Shown here: piece after piece, positions 9,910 to 19,512 of the stretch
How positions within the stretch are numbered: position 1 is the first letter of the stretch
Layout of the letters: each line of letters opens with the position of its first letter
Assembly: GCA_963762145.1 (NCBI GenBank)
Contig: CAVXJS010000019.1
Coordinates: forward strand, 320,001 to 384,000
Origin: an uncultured Candidatus Rokubacteria bacterium
GTDB taxonomy: Bacteria; Methylomirabilota; Methylomirabilia; Rokubacteriales; CSP1-6
Length of the DNA stretch: 64,000 nucleotides
Reading direction: 5' to 3'
Notes under the pieces: model-generated
Told to the model about the DNA's origin: nothing
Databases searched by the model: none
What the model saw: the letters and a program-made list of their open reading frames with translations, nothing else
Made by a program: the position numbers and the translations under genes

Positions 9910-11724
9910 TGCGGGCGCTGCTTCGCATCGTCCGGCGGAGCATCGCGCTCAAGCTGACGCTGACCCTGGTCGGGTTCGTGGCGGTCACCAGCCTGGTGGC
10001 GGGGGCCTATCTGACCCGGGCGCTGGAGAGCTTCGCGGTGGAGTCCCTGGAGACCCGGCTCGGCTCGGTGGCCGCCGTCGTCCACGATGAGGCCCGGGGG
10101 CTCCTCCGGACGGGCGCGTCCGCGGCCGCGGCCCAGGATCTGGCCGTCCGCGTGGCCCGGGCGACGGGCGCGCGCGTCACCCTCATCGCGCCGGACGGGC
10201 GCGTCCTCGCGGAGTCGGAGCGCGCGCTCGTCGACGTGGCGGGCGCTCGAGAGCCACGCGGAGCGGCCCGAGGTTCGCGACGGCCCTGGCGGGGCGCACG
10301 GGGCGCTCCCTGCGCCGCAGCGCCACCACCGAGGCGCCGCTCCTGTACGTGGCGGTGCCGGTGCGGGAGGAGCCCGCGTGCTCGGCGTCCTGCGCCTCGC
10401 CCTGCCGCTCTCCGCGGTGACCGCCTCCTACGCGACGCTGCACCAGGTGATGCTGGCGGGCGGCGCGGTCGCCCTGCTCGTCGCGCTCGGGATCGGCATC
10501 TTCGTGGCGGGACGGGTGACGCGGCCGGTGGTCGAGATGCAGTCCATCGCCCGCCAGATGAGCGAGGGCAGCTTCCTGGTCCGGGCGCCCACCCGCTCCA
10601 CCGACGAGATCGGCACCCTCGGTCGATCGCTCAACGTCATGGCGGGACGGTTGCGCGAGAAGATCCAGGACCTCGAGCAGGAGCAGGCCAAGATCACCGC
10701 GATGCTGGACGCGATGATCGAGGGGGTCATCGCGGTGGACGGCCACGAGCACGTCCTGCTCATGAACGAGCAGGCGCGGACGATGTTCGGCCTGGGCAGC
10801 TCGCGCGGCGAGGGCAAGCCGTTCCTCGAGGTCATCCGGAACGCGGACCTGCACGAGATCTTCCGCGCCGTGCACGCGGGCGGCGCGGGGCAGGCCCTCC
10901 GCCAGGAGATCGAGATGACGAGCCCCGCGTATCGCATCGTGGGGGTCAATGCGGTCGGGCTCTCTCCGGTCGCCGGTGAGCCGGGCGTGGTCATGGTGCT
11001 CCACGACCTGACCGCCCTCCGCCAGCTCGAGCGCGTTCGTACCGAGTTCGTGGCGAACGTGAGCCACGAGCTGCGGACCCCGCTGACCGCCATCCAGGGC
11101 TACCTGGAGACCTTGCTATCCGGCGCGCTCGAGGAGCCGGAGAACGCCCGGCGCTTCCTCGAGATCGTGCTCCGCCACAGCGAGCGGCTGGGGCGCCTGC
11201 TGAACGACCTGACCGATCTGTCGAACATCGAGCTCGGCAAGGTGACGCTCCGCAAGGAGCCGGTGCGGCTCGACGAGCTGGTGGCGTCGGTGGTGGCGAT
11301 CATCGGGCCGCGCGCGGCCCGCTCGCGGGTGACGGTGAGCGCGGACACCCCCGCCGAGCTGCCCGAGGTGGCCGCCGACCGGGATCGGCTCGTGCAGGTC
11401 CTCATCAACCTGGTGGACAACGCGGTGAAGTACACGCCCGAGGGCGGCGCGGTCACGGTGACCGCGCGCGCCGTCGGCGACGCGGCGGTGGAGATCGCGG
11501 TGGCCGACACCGGCATCGGGATCCCCGCGGCCGATCTGCCCCGCATCACGGAACGGTTCTATCGCGTCGACAAGGCGCGCTCGCGCGAGCTGGGCGGGAC
11601 CGGCCTGGGCCTCGCGATCGTGAAGCACCTCGTCCTGGCCCACGGGGGCGAGCTGCGCATCGAGAGCCTGGAGCAGCAGGGCACCACCGTCCGCTTCACG
11701 CTTCCGATCCGCCCCGCCACCTAG
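9909..11724 (+). CDS. phoR: PhoR-like sensor histidine kinase, HAMP-PAS-HisKA-HATPase (frameshifts about 10240-10380)
   Basis: [24 protein letters not shown] and [26 protein letters not shown]; TGATG coupling to the regulator. Confidence 0.85.
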
Positions 11725-11895
11725 TCCCGCCGCGCGGCTCCCGACCGCTCGGCATCCTGACCGCGGAGCGGGGCGCGCCGCTCTTCCCGCTGGATCCCGA
11801 CGGGTATGACGGCGAGCCCATCGCCTTTCTCGCCGGCGATCCGATCGCGCACGACGAGAGCCTGCGCGAGGTGCTGGAAGTCGGCTGAAGTCGGG

Positions 11896-13974
11896 CTAGG
11901 CGCGGCCCTCCGCGGCGACCAGGGCGTAGAGACGGTCCTGGGAGCGGACGGGGGGCGTATCGAGGGCCCGAACGCGGGTCGAGCTGCCGTCGAGGAGGAT
12001 CTCGCGTGCCTTCACGGTATCGCTGAGCTGCAGCTCGAGCACCTCGAGGATCTGGGCCTGCAGTCGTGCGTCCAGCACGGGGAAGGCGATCTCGACACGA
12101 TGGTCGAGGTTGCGGGGCATCCAGTCGGCAGAGGCCAGCCAGTACTCGGGTGCGCCGCCATTCTGGAAGTAGAAGACCCGGGCGTGCTCGAGGTAACGGT
12201 CCACGATCGAGATGACCCGGATGCGATCCGACAGGCCCGGGATTCCCGGGCGGAGACAGCAGATGCCGCGCACGATCAGGTCGATCGTGACGCCGGCCTG
12301 GCTGGCCAGGTAGAGCTCCTCGATCAAGGTGCGGTCCACCAAGCCGTTCATCTTGGCCACGATGCGCGCGGGCCGGCCGCGCCGGGCGTGCTCCGCTTCG
12401 CGGCGGATGCAATCGCGGAAGCCGTCGCGCAGGCCGGTGGGCGCCACCAGCAGGTGCCGGAAGCGGCGCGGGCGCGTGTAGCCGGTCAGCATGTTGAAGA
12501 GCTCGGTCACGTCCTCGCCGAAGGACTCCCGGCAGGTGAAGAGACCGAAGTCCCCGTAGATACCGCCGGTGCGGGCGTTGTAGTTGCCGGTCGCCAGATG
12601 GCAATAGCGCCGGATCCCGTCGGGTTCCTGGCGGACGACGAGGCAGGCCTTGCAGTGGGTCTTGTAGCCGGGCAGCCCGTAGACGACGTGCGCGCCGACT
12701 TCCTCGAGCGCGCGCGCCCAGCGGATGTTCGCCTCCTCGTCGAAGCGCGCCTGCAGCTCGACGAGGACCGCGACCTCCTTGCCGTTCTCGGCGGCCAGGG
12801 TGAGGGCGTGCGCGATCGGCGAGGTCGGGCTCACCCGGTAGAGCGTCATCTTGATGGCGAGCACCCGGGGATCCACCGCGGCCTCGCTCACGAAGCGGGT
12901 CACCGCGTCGAACGAATGGTAGGGGTGGTGGGCGAGTACGTCGCCGTTGCGGATCGCGCTCCAGACGTCGGAGGAGCCGTCGAAGGCCGGGAGCGGGCGC
13001 GGGGGCATCGGCGGGTCCTTGAGGCGCGGCACATCCAGCGCGGCGTAGAGCTGGAAGAGATCCGAGAACGCGGTGAACCCGGCGCCCGCGTAGAGATCGT
13101 CGGGGGCGAGCTCGAGCTCGTCCACCAGCATGGCCAGCAGCTCCGTGGGCAGGTCGGAATCGTACTGCAGGCGCACCGCATCGCCCATGCGCCGATCCCG
13201 GACGCCGGCCTCCACGCTGGTGAGCAGATCCACCGCGCGCTTGCGATCGAGCGCGAGGTCCGCGTCCCGGGTCACGCGGATGGCGTGGCAGGACAGCACC
13301 TCGTACCCGTTGTAGAGCGCGTGGAGCTGAAGCCGGATGACATCTTCGAGCAGCATGAACACGTGCTGGCCCGCAGGCCCGGGGAGGGGCACGAAGCGCG
13401 GCACGACCTGGCTGGGGATGTGGACCACCGTGAGTGAGGTATGGGGCAGCGCGCTGGGGGTCGCCGCCCGGACCGTGACGACCAGGCAGAGTGACCGGTT
13501 GCCCAGATGAGGGAACGGGTGGCCCGGGTCGATGGCCAGCGGGGTCAGGACCGGCATCAGTGTCCGCTGGAAGTACCCGTCGAGGAAGCGCTCCTGGTCC
13601 GGGGTCACTTCCTTGGGACGGACGAGCCGGATCCCTTCCGAGGCCAGAATCGGCCCCAGGTCCTCGAGGAAGCAGCGGTGCTGGGCGTCCACCAGGCGGT
13701 GGACCTTGTCCGAGATCGCGGCCAGGGTCTCAGCGGGGGACAGACCATCCGGTCCCGTGGTGGGATCCCCGGCGCGGATGCGGCGCTTCAGCTCGGCGAC
13801 CCTGACCATGAAGAATTCGTCGAGGTTCGAGCTGAAAATAGCCAGGAACTTTACCCGTTCTAGCAGAGGGACCGAGGAGTCCTGGGCCTCTTCGAGAACA
13901 CGCCGGTTGAACTCCAGCCAGGAGATCTCGCGGTTCACGAAGACGTCCGACGGCAGGGCGATCCGGTCCGGCAT
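11896..13974 (-). CDS. ppk1: Polyphosphate kinase 1
   Basis: NREISWLEFNRRVL, SNLDEFFMVRV, HHPYHSF, KTHCK, ATGNYN and SADWMPRNL. Confidence 0.97.
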   Translation of the reverse strand: MPDRIALPSDVFVNREISWLEFNRRVLEEAQDSSVPLLERVKFLAIFSSNLDEFFMVRVAELKRRIRAGDPTTGPDGLSPAETLAAISDKVHRLVDAQHRCFLEDLGPILASEGIRLVRPKEVTPDQERFLDGYFQRTLMPVLTPLAIDPGHPFPHLGNRSLCLVVTVRAATPSALPHTSLTVVHIPSQVVPRFVPLPGPAGQHVFMLLEDVIRLQLHALYNGYEVLSCHAIRVTRDADLALDRKRAVDLLTSVEAGVRDRRMGDAVRLQYDSDLPTELLAMLVDELELAPDDLYAGAGFTAFSDLFQLYAALDVPRLKDPPMPPRPLPAFDGSSDVWSAIRNGDVLAHHPYHSFDAVTRFVSEAAVDPRVLAIKMTLYRVSPTSPIAHALTLAAENGKEVAVLVELQARFDEEANIRWARALEEVGAHVVYGLPGYKTHCKACLVVRQEPDGIRRYCHLATGNYNARTGGIYGDFGLFTCRESFGEDVTELFNMLTGYTRPRRFRHLLVAPTGLRDGFRDCIRREAEHARRGRPARIVAKMNGLVDRTLIEELYLASQAGVTIDLIVRGICCLRPGIPGLSDRIRVISIVDRYLEHARVFYFQNGGAPEYWLASADWMPRNLDHRVEIAFPVLDARLQAQILEVLELQLSDTVKAREILLDGSSTRVRALDTPPVRSQDRLYALVAAEGRA

Positions 13975-14010
13975 GGGCGCCAGTCTCCGAGAGGCGGGTC
14001 AGGAGGTCAA

Positions 14011-14028
14011 ATCACAGAATTGTTACGT
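14011..14028 (-). promoter_or_regulatory. Pho-box-like direct repeat upstream of ppk1
   Basis: Minus strand ACGTAAC-AATT-CTGTGAT, two 7-mers 11 bp apart. Confidence 0.5.
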
Positions 14029-14160
14029 TCCGTTGAAGCTATCGGTTCAGCCAATTCAAGCCCCATCGCTCATCGGGAAGTCGGATTTGACGCTTCCCGT
14101 CGAGGCTGTACGATGTGCCCGAATCATACAGCCGATCCAGCCTGAACGGGAGACCCACAC

Positions 14161-15255
14161 ATGAAGCGACGGGAGTTCCTCAAGAACGGGATCGCGGTCG
14201 GGGCGGCCGCCGCGGTGGGTGGCCTGCCGCGCATCGGAGCGGCGTCCACCGGCTCGGACGGAGCCAAGTGGCGCACGTTCGAGGTGCTGACCCGCGTGGA
14301 AGTCGCCAATCCGACCGGACCCACGCGCGTCTGGCTTCCGATGCCGCTCGCGGCGGACACGGACTACCAGAAGAGTCTCGGACAGAGCTGGACGGGCAAT
14401 GCCGGCTCCGCCCGCGTGTATCGCGACGACAAGTACGGGGCGGCCATCTTCTACGCGGAGTGGCCGGCGGGTGAGACCGCGCCGGTCGTGGAGGTCACGA
14501 CCCGGTACGCCGCCCGCGATCGGCTGGTCGACGTGACGAAGCCGGGCATGAATCCGTCGCCCGAGGATCGGGTCATGCTCAACCGGTACCGCGAGTCCAC
14601 CAAGCTGGTCCGGACCGACGGGATCGTGAAGAAGACCTCGCAGCAGATCACCAAGGGCGCGGACAAGGACGTGGACAAGGCGCGCGCCATCTACGAGTGG
14701 ATCGTGGACAACACGTTTCGTGACCCCAAGGTTCGGGGCTGCGGCGTGGGGGACATCCGCGCGATGCTCGAGACCGGCAACCTGGGGGGCAAGTGCGCAG
14801 ACCTCAACGCGCTCTTCGTGGGCCTCGCGCGGGCCGCGGGCATCCCGGCCCGTGACGTCTACGGCGTGCGCACCGCGGACTCCGCCGAGTTCAAGAGCCT
14901 GGGCAAGTCCGGCGACATCACCAAGGCGCAGCACTGCCGCGCGGAGTTCTACCTCGCCAGCCACGGCTGGGTGCCGGTGGACCCGGCCGACGTCCGGAAG
15001 GTCGTGCTGGAGGAGCGGGGCGGCATCCCGCTCGGCGATCCGACCACCCTGAAGGCGCGGGCCAAGCTCTTCGGGCAGTGGGAGATGAACTGGCTCGCGT
15101 ACAACTACGCGCACGACGTCAAGCTGCTGAACTCGCGGGACGACGCGGTCGCCTACTTCATGTATCCGCAGGCGGAGACGACCGAGGCACGCAAGGACAG
15201 CCTGGATCCGGACAGCTTCAAGTACAAGCTGACCACGCGCGAGATCGGTATCTAG
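14161..15255 (+). CDS. Tat-exported transglutaminase-like protein
   Basis: MKRREFLK Tat motif; GKCADLNALFV, QHCRAEFY and GWVPVDP (Cys-His-Asp). Confidence 0.88.
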   Translation: MKRREFLKNGIAVGAAAAVGGLPRIGAASTGSDGAKWRTFEVLTRVEVANPTGPTRVWLPMPLAADTDYQKSLGQSWTGNAGSARVYRDDKYGAAIFYAEWPAGETAPVVEVTTRYAARDRLVDVTKPGMNPSPEDRVMLNRYRESTKLVRTDGIVKKTSQQITKGADKDVDKARAIYEWIVDNTFRDPKVRGCGVGDIRAMLETGNLGGKCADLNALFVGLARAAGIPARDVYGVRTADSAEFKSLGKSGDITKAQHCRAEFYLASHGWVPVDPADVRKVVLEERGGIPLGDPTTLKARAKLFGQWEMNWLAYNYAHDVKLLNSRDDAVAYFMYPQAETTEARKDSLDPDSFKYKLTTREIGI

Positions 15256-15284
15256 CTCGCACGCCCGCTCGCTTCTCGGCACCT

Positions 15285-15312
15285 GACGCCCCCGCGTTCC
15301 GGCGGGGGCGTC
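15285..15312 (+). terminator. Hairpin terminator candidate
   Basis: GACGCCCCCGC-gttccg-GCGGGGGCGTC, 11-bp stem after the stop codon; weak U-tract. Confidence 0.55.
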
Positions 15313-15330
15313 GTGCTTCTGCCGCCTGCG

Positions 15331-15370
15331 CGTTCACCCACCATTTACTCCGGCGTCATCATCGCGTAAC
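15331..15370 (+). promoter_or_regulatory. Pho-box-like array upstream of the second regulator
   Basis: CGTTCAC-ccac-CATTTAC-tccg-GCGTCAT-catc-GCGTAAC, four units at an 11-bp period. Confidence 0.55.
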
Positions 15371-15392
15371 CCCGCCCGCGCACACTCCGCCC

Positions 15393-16187
15393 ATGACACG
15401 AACGAGCGTGGGGGTGGAGCCGATGGTGAGCGGTAGCCGGCGGGGAGGTCCCGAGAAGCCGACCGTGCCTCGTGGGCCGCGGGTGCTGGTGGTGGAGGAC
15501 GAGGCGGACGTGGCGGAGATGATCCGCTACAACCTCGGCAAGGAAGGCTATGACGTCCGGCTCGCCGCCAACGGGACGGATGCCCTCCGACTGGTGAAGG
15601 ACGCGAAGCCGGACGTGATCCTGCTGGACATCATGGTGCCGCAGCTCAACGGATGGGAGATCTGCCGTCGGCTCAAGCAGGATCGGGAGACCGTCGCCAT
15701 CCCGGTGATCATGGTGAGCGGGCGGGTGGAAGAAGGCGACAAGGTGCTGGGCTTCGAGATGGGCGCCGACGACTACGTGACGAAGCCCTTCTCGCCGCGG
15801 GAGCTGCTGGCTCGCGTGCGGGCGGTGACCCGGCGCGGACGGCCGACGGACCTGGATGGCAGCCAGGTGCTCCGCGCCGGTGACCTGGAGATCGACCGGC
15901 AGCGCTTCGAGGTCAAGATGAAGGGGCGCCTGGTGGAGCTGACCCGCAAGGAGTTCGACCTGCTCGCCACCCTGATCCGCACGCCGGGACGGGTATTTGG
16001 CCGGGAGGAGCTGCTGGATCTCGTCTGGGGCCAGGACGGCTTCGTCGAGCCCCGGACGGTGGACGTGCACGTGGCCCGGCTGCGCGCGAAGTTCACGGCG
16101 GCGCGGGCCCCGATGCCCGCGATCGAGACGGTCCGGGGCGTGGGGTACCGGTTCCGGGATTCCGGGGGGACCGTAACAGAACCGTAA
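15393..16187 (+). CDS. phoB: Second PhoB-like response regulator (start 15393 or 15423)
   Basis: [51 protein letters not shown]; immediately upstream of pstS. Confidence 0.85.
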   Translation: MTRTSVGVEPMVSGSRRGGPEKPTVPRGPRVLVVEDEADVAEMIRYNLGKEGYDVRLAANGTDALRLVKDAKPDVILLDIMVPQLNGWEICRRLKQDRETVAIPVIMVSGRVEEGDKVLGFEMGADDYVTKPFSPRELLARVRAVTRRGRPTDLDGSQVLRAGDLEIDRQRFEVKMKGRLVELTRKEFDLLATLIRTPGRVFGREELLDLVWGQDGFVEPRTVDVHVARLRAKFTAARAPMPAIETVRGVGYRFRDSGGTVTEP

Positions 16188-16214
16188 CGGGTCGGTTACC
16201 GTCCCGCAACAGGA
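16171..16214 (+). promoter_or_regulatory. Pho-box-like array upstream of pstS
   Basis: CCGTAAC-agaa-CCGTAAC-gggt-CGGTTAC-cgtc-CCGCAAC, four units at an 11-bp period, overlapping the regulator stop codon. Confidence 0.7.
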
Positions 16215-16251
16215 ACAGGGGACCCTAAAACCAACAAGAGGAGAGAACAAG

Positions 16252-17220
16252 ATGAAGAGGGTGATCGCAGCGCTGGCCATTGTCGGAGTGACCACGGCCG
16301 TCGGGTTCGCGGCGGGGCCGCCCAAGCTGGACCCGGGCCTGGCCGGGTACAAGGCCGTAAGCGGCGTCAGCGGCAACGTCTCCAGCATCGGCTCGGACAC
16401 GCTGAACAACCTGATGACGCTCTGGGCGGAAGGGTTCAACAAGTTCTACCCGAACGCGAAGATCCAGATCGAAGGCAAGGGCTCGTCCACCGCGCCTCCG
16501 GCCCTCATCTCCGGCACCGCCCAGCTCGGGCCCATGTCGCGCGAGATGAAGGGGACCGAGATCGATGCCTTCGAGAAGAAGTACGGCTACAAGCCCACCG
16601 CGATCCGGAGCTCGGTCGACGCCCTCGCGGTCTTCGTCAACAAGGACAACCCGATCAAGTGCATGACCATGAGTCAGGTGGATGCGGTGTTCTCGAAGTC
16701 GCGCCGCGCGGGCTACAAGGAAGACGTGAAGACGTGGGGGCAGCTCGGCCTCACCGGCGAATGGGCCACCAAGCCGATCAGCCTCTACGGACGCAACTCG
16801 GCCTCGGGGACCTACGGCTTCTTCAAGGAGCACTCGCTCAAGAACGGAGACTTCAAGGACGAGGTCAAGGAGCAGCCGGGCTCGGCGTCGGTGGTGCAGG
16901 GCGTGACGGTGGACCGCTTCGCCATGGGGTACAGCGGCATCGGCTACGCGACGGCCGGGGTGCGGGCGGTCCCGCTCGCGGCGAAGGAAGGGGCGAAGTG
17001 CTACGAAGCCGACCCCGAGAATGCCTACGCGGGCACGTATCCCCTCTCGCGATTCCTGTTCGTCTACGTCAACCGGGCGCCCGGGAAGGCGCTCGATCCG
17101 CTCACCCGCGAGTTCGTGAAGCTGGTCCTGTCCAAGGAGGGCCAAGAAGTGGTCATCAAGGACGGCTACTTCCCGATTCCCGCGACGATCGCCAAGGAAG
17201 AGCTGAACAAGGTCCAGTAG
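16252..17220 (+). CDS. pstS: Phosphate ABC transporter substrate-binding protein
   Basis: Signal peptide; [25 protein letters not shown] and YPLSR. Confidence 0.95.
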   Translation: MKRVIAALAIVGVTTAVGFAAGPPKLDPGLAGYKAVSGVSGNVSSIGSDTLNNLMTLWAEGFNKFYPNAKIQIEGKGSSTAPPALISGTAQLGPMSREMKGTEIDAFEKKYGYKPTAIRSSVDALAVFVNKDNPIKCMTMSQVDAVFSKSRRAGYKEDVKTWGQLGLTGEWATKPISLYGRNSASGTYGFFKEHSLKNGDFKDEVKEQPGSASVVQGVTVDRFAMGYSGIGYATAGVRAVPLAAKEGAKCYEADPENAYAGTYPLSRFLFVYVNRAPGKALDPLTREFVKLVLSKEGQEVVIKDGYFPIPATIAKEELNKVQ

Positions 17221-19512
17221 GTGGCGATCAGTCCGGAGGCGCTTCGCGCGGGCGGGCCGGCGGCACCGGCCCGCCCGCTGGACGTCTCCCCGGTCCGCAC
17301 GGCCCGCCGGATCCTGGCGGACCGCTGGGCGTCGCGCCTGGTCGTGGTCGGCGGCATCGTCATCATCGCGTGCATCCTCGCGATCCTCTTCGTCATCGCC
17401 GCCGAGGTGTATCCGCTGTTCAAGGTCCCGACCGCCGACCCGATCGGTTCCCCGACGGCCGCCGCGGCCGGGGGCGCGGTCGCGGCCGGCCCGCTGGGCG
17501 TCGACGAGTATCGAGAGGTCGCCACCCAGGTGATCTCGGGGGGCGTGCTGCAGATTACCGACCTCAAGCGAGGCCGCGTCCTCGCGGCCGTGCCGATCCA
17601 GGGACTCGAGGGCGCGATGGTGACCCGGGTCACCGACACCGGGGCCGGCAAGTACCTGGTGGGAACCTCCAGGTACCTGATCGGCACCTCCGATGGCCGG
17701 GTCATCCCGCTCGAGACCAAGTTCGACGTGACCTTCACGGACGGCAAACGCGAGGTCGTGGCCCAGCCCACGTTCGGAGCCCCGTCGCAGCTCGACCCGG
17801 AGGGGAAGCGGCCGATCCTGGACATGGCGAGCACCACGGCCGATTCCGGGCCCGTCACGGTGGCGCGGGTCGGTCCCGCCGAGATGGTCGTCCAGACCGT
17901 GATCGAGACCAAAGCGCTCGTGGGCGGGAGCCGACGCGAGGAATCGCTGGCCGCGCTCCCGCTGTCGATCGAGGGCGAGGTCACCGCGCTGGCCCTGGAT
18001 CGTCGGGCCGAGGATCTGTTCATCGGCACCTCCCGCGGGCAGGTGGTGCGGTACGACCTCCGCGAGAAGGCGAGCCCCACGGTGGCCGAGGCCGTCACCG
18101 TGAGTCCCGGGGTGGCCGTGACCGCGCTGACATTCTTGCTGGGGGACCGCACGCTGGTGGTGGGCGATCACGCGGGTGGCGTGTCCTCGTGGCAGGTGCT
18201 GTGGCCCCAGGGCCGCCTCACGCGCATCTACCAGTTCCAGGGCCATCCGGGGCCGGTGATCGCGATCAGCGGATCGGGCCGCGACAAGGGCTTCGTCACG
18301 GCGGACGCCGCGGGCGGCCTTCATCTCCACTACGGCACCTCCGGCAAGACCCTGCTCTCGATGCGCGCCGGGGGTGGCGCGATCCAGTCCGTCGTGTTCG
18401 CCCCGAAGGCCGACGCGGTGCTCATCGCCGACCCGCGGGGCTCGATCTCCCAGTGGAAGGTGAACAATCCCCACCCCGAGATCACCCTCCGGACGGTGTT
18501 CGGGAAGGTGTGGTACGAGGGCTACAACGAGCCCGCCTACGTCTGGCAGTCCACCGGCGGCACCGACGACTTCGAGGCCAAGTTCAGCCTGACGCCCCTG
18601 ATCTACGGCACGCTCAAGGGGACCGTCTACGCCCTGCTGATCGCCATCCCCCTGGCGCTGCTGGCCGCGGTGTACGTCAGCGAGTTCATGCATCCGACCC
18701 TGAAGGCCTACATCAAGCCGGTGGTCGAGATCATGGCGGCGCTGCCGAGCGTCGTGCTGGGCTTCCTGGCCGGGCTCTGGCTGGCCCCGATGGTGGAGAA
18801 GGTGGTTCCGGGCCTCTTCCTGATGCCGCTCGTTCAGGCGGTCTTCATCGTAGGTGCACTCCTGCTGTACCGTCTGCTTCCGGCGGGAGTCCGCTCACGC
18901 TTCCGGCCGGGGAGCGAGGTGCTCCTGCTGCTCCCGGTCGTGGTCCTGGGGATGTGGGTGTCGTTTCACCTCGGCGGCGCGGTCGAGTGGGCCCTCTTGG
19001 ACGGCAACTACCGGGGCTGGCTGCTGTCGGCCCTGGGCCTCACGTACGACCAGCGAAACTCCCTCGTGGTGGGCATCGCGATGGGGTTCGCGGTGATCCC
19101 GATCATCTTCACGATCGCCGAGGACTCGCTGTCCAATGTGCCCCAGCACCTGCGGGCCGGTTCGCTGGCCCTGGGCGCCAACCGCTGGCAGACCGCGTTG
19201 CGGATCGTGCTGCCGACCGCCAGCCCGGGCATCTTCTCGGCCATCATGATCGGCTTCGGACGGGCGGTGGGCGAGACCATGATCGTGCTGATGGCGACCG
19301 GCAACACCCCGGTCATGGACCTGAGCATCTTCAACGGGTTCCGGGCGCTCTCGGCCAACATCGCGGTGGAGCTGCCGGAGGCGCCGGAGCAGGGCACGCT
19401 CTTCCGCGTGCTCTTCCTGGCCGCGTTCCTGCTGTTCTGCCTGACCTTCGTCGTGAACACCGTGGCCGAGCTGGTCCGGCTCAAGCTCCGGCGAAAGTAC
19501 CAGTACCTATGA
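17221..19512 (+). CDS. pstC: Phosphate ABC permease PstC with a large N-terminal beta-propeller-like domain
   Basis: VWYEGY..YVWQSTGGTDDFEAK, EIMAALPSVVLG and GRAVGETMIVLMATGN. Confidence 0.9.
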   Translation: MAISPEALRAGGPAAPARPLDVSPVRTARRILADRWASRLVVVGGIVIIACILAILFVIAAEVYPLFKVPTADPIGSPTAAAAGGAVAAGPLGVDEYREVATQVISGGVLQITDLKRGRVLAAVPIQGLEGAMVTRVTDTGAGKYLVGTSRYLIGTSDGRVIPLETKFDVTFTDGKREVVAQPTFGAPSQLDPEGKRPILDMASTTADSGPVTVARVGPAEMVVQTVIETKALVGGSRREESLAALPLSIEGEVTALALDRRAEDLFIGTSRGQVVRYDLREKASPTVAEAVTVSPGVAVTALTFLLGDRTLVVGDHAGGVSSWQVLWPQGRLTRIYQFQGHPGPVIAISGSGRDKGFVTADAAGGLHLHYGTSGKTLLSMRAGGGAIQSVVFAPKADAVLIADPRGSISQWKVNNPHPEITLRTVFGKVWYEGYNEPAYVWQSTGGTDDFEAKFSLTPLIYGTLKGTVYALLIAIPLALLAAVYVSEFMHPTLKAYIKPVVEIMAALPSVVLGFLAGLWLAPMVEKVVPGLFLMPLVQAVFIVGALLLYRLLPAGVRSRFRPGSEVLLLLPVVVLGMWVSFHLGGAVEWALLDGNYRGWLLSALGLTYDQRNSLVVGIAMGFAVIPIIFTIAEDSLSNVPQHLRAGSLALGANRWQTALRIVLPTASPGIFSAIMIGFGRAVGETMIVLMATGNTPVMDLSIFNGFRALSANIAVELPEAPEQGTLFRVLFLAAFLLFCLTFVVNTVAELVRLKLRRKYQYL

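Noticed and set aside
16659-19508. 1482-aa ORF and other long alternative-frame or antisense ORFs
   Set aside because: Shadow ORFs of GC-rich coding DNA; only the 3' part from 19509 is PstA, and the rest are Arg/Gly/Pro-rich with no motifs
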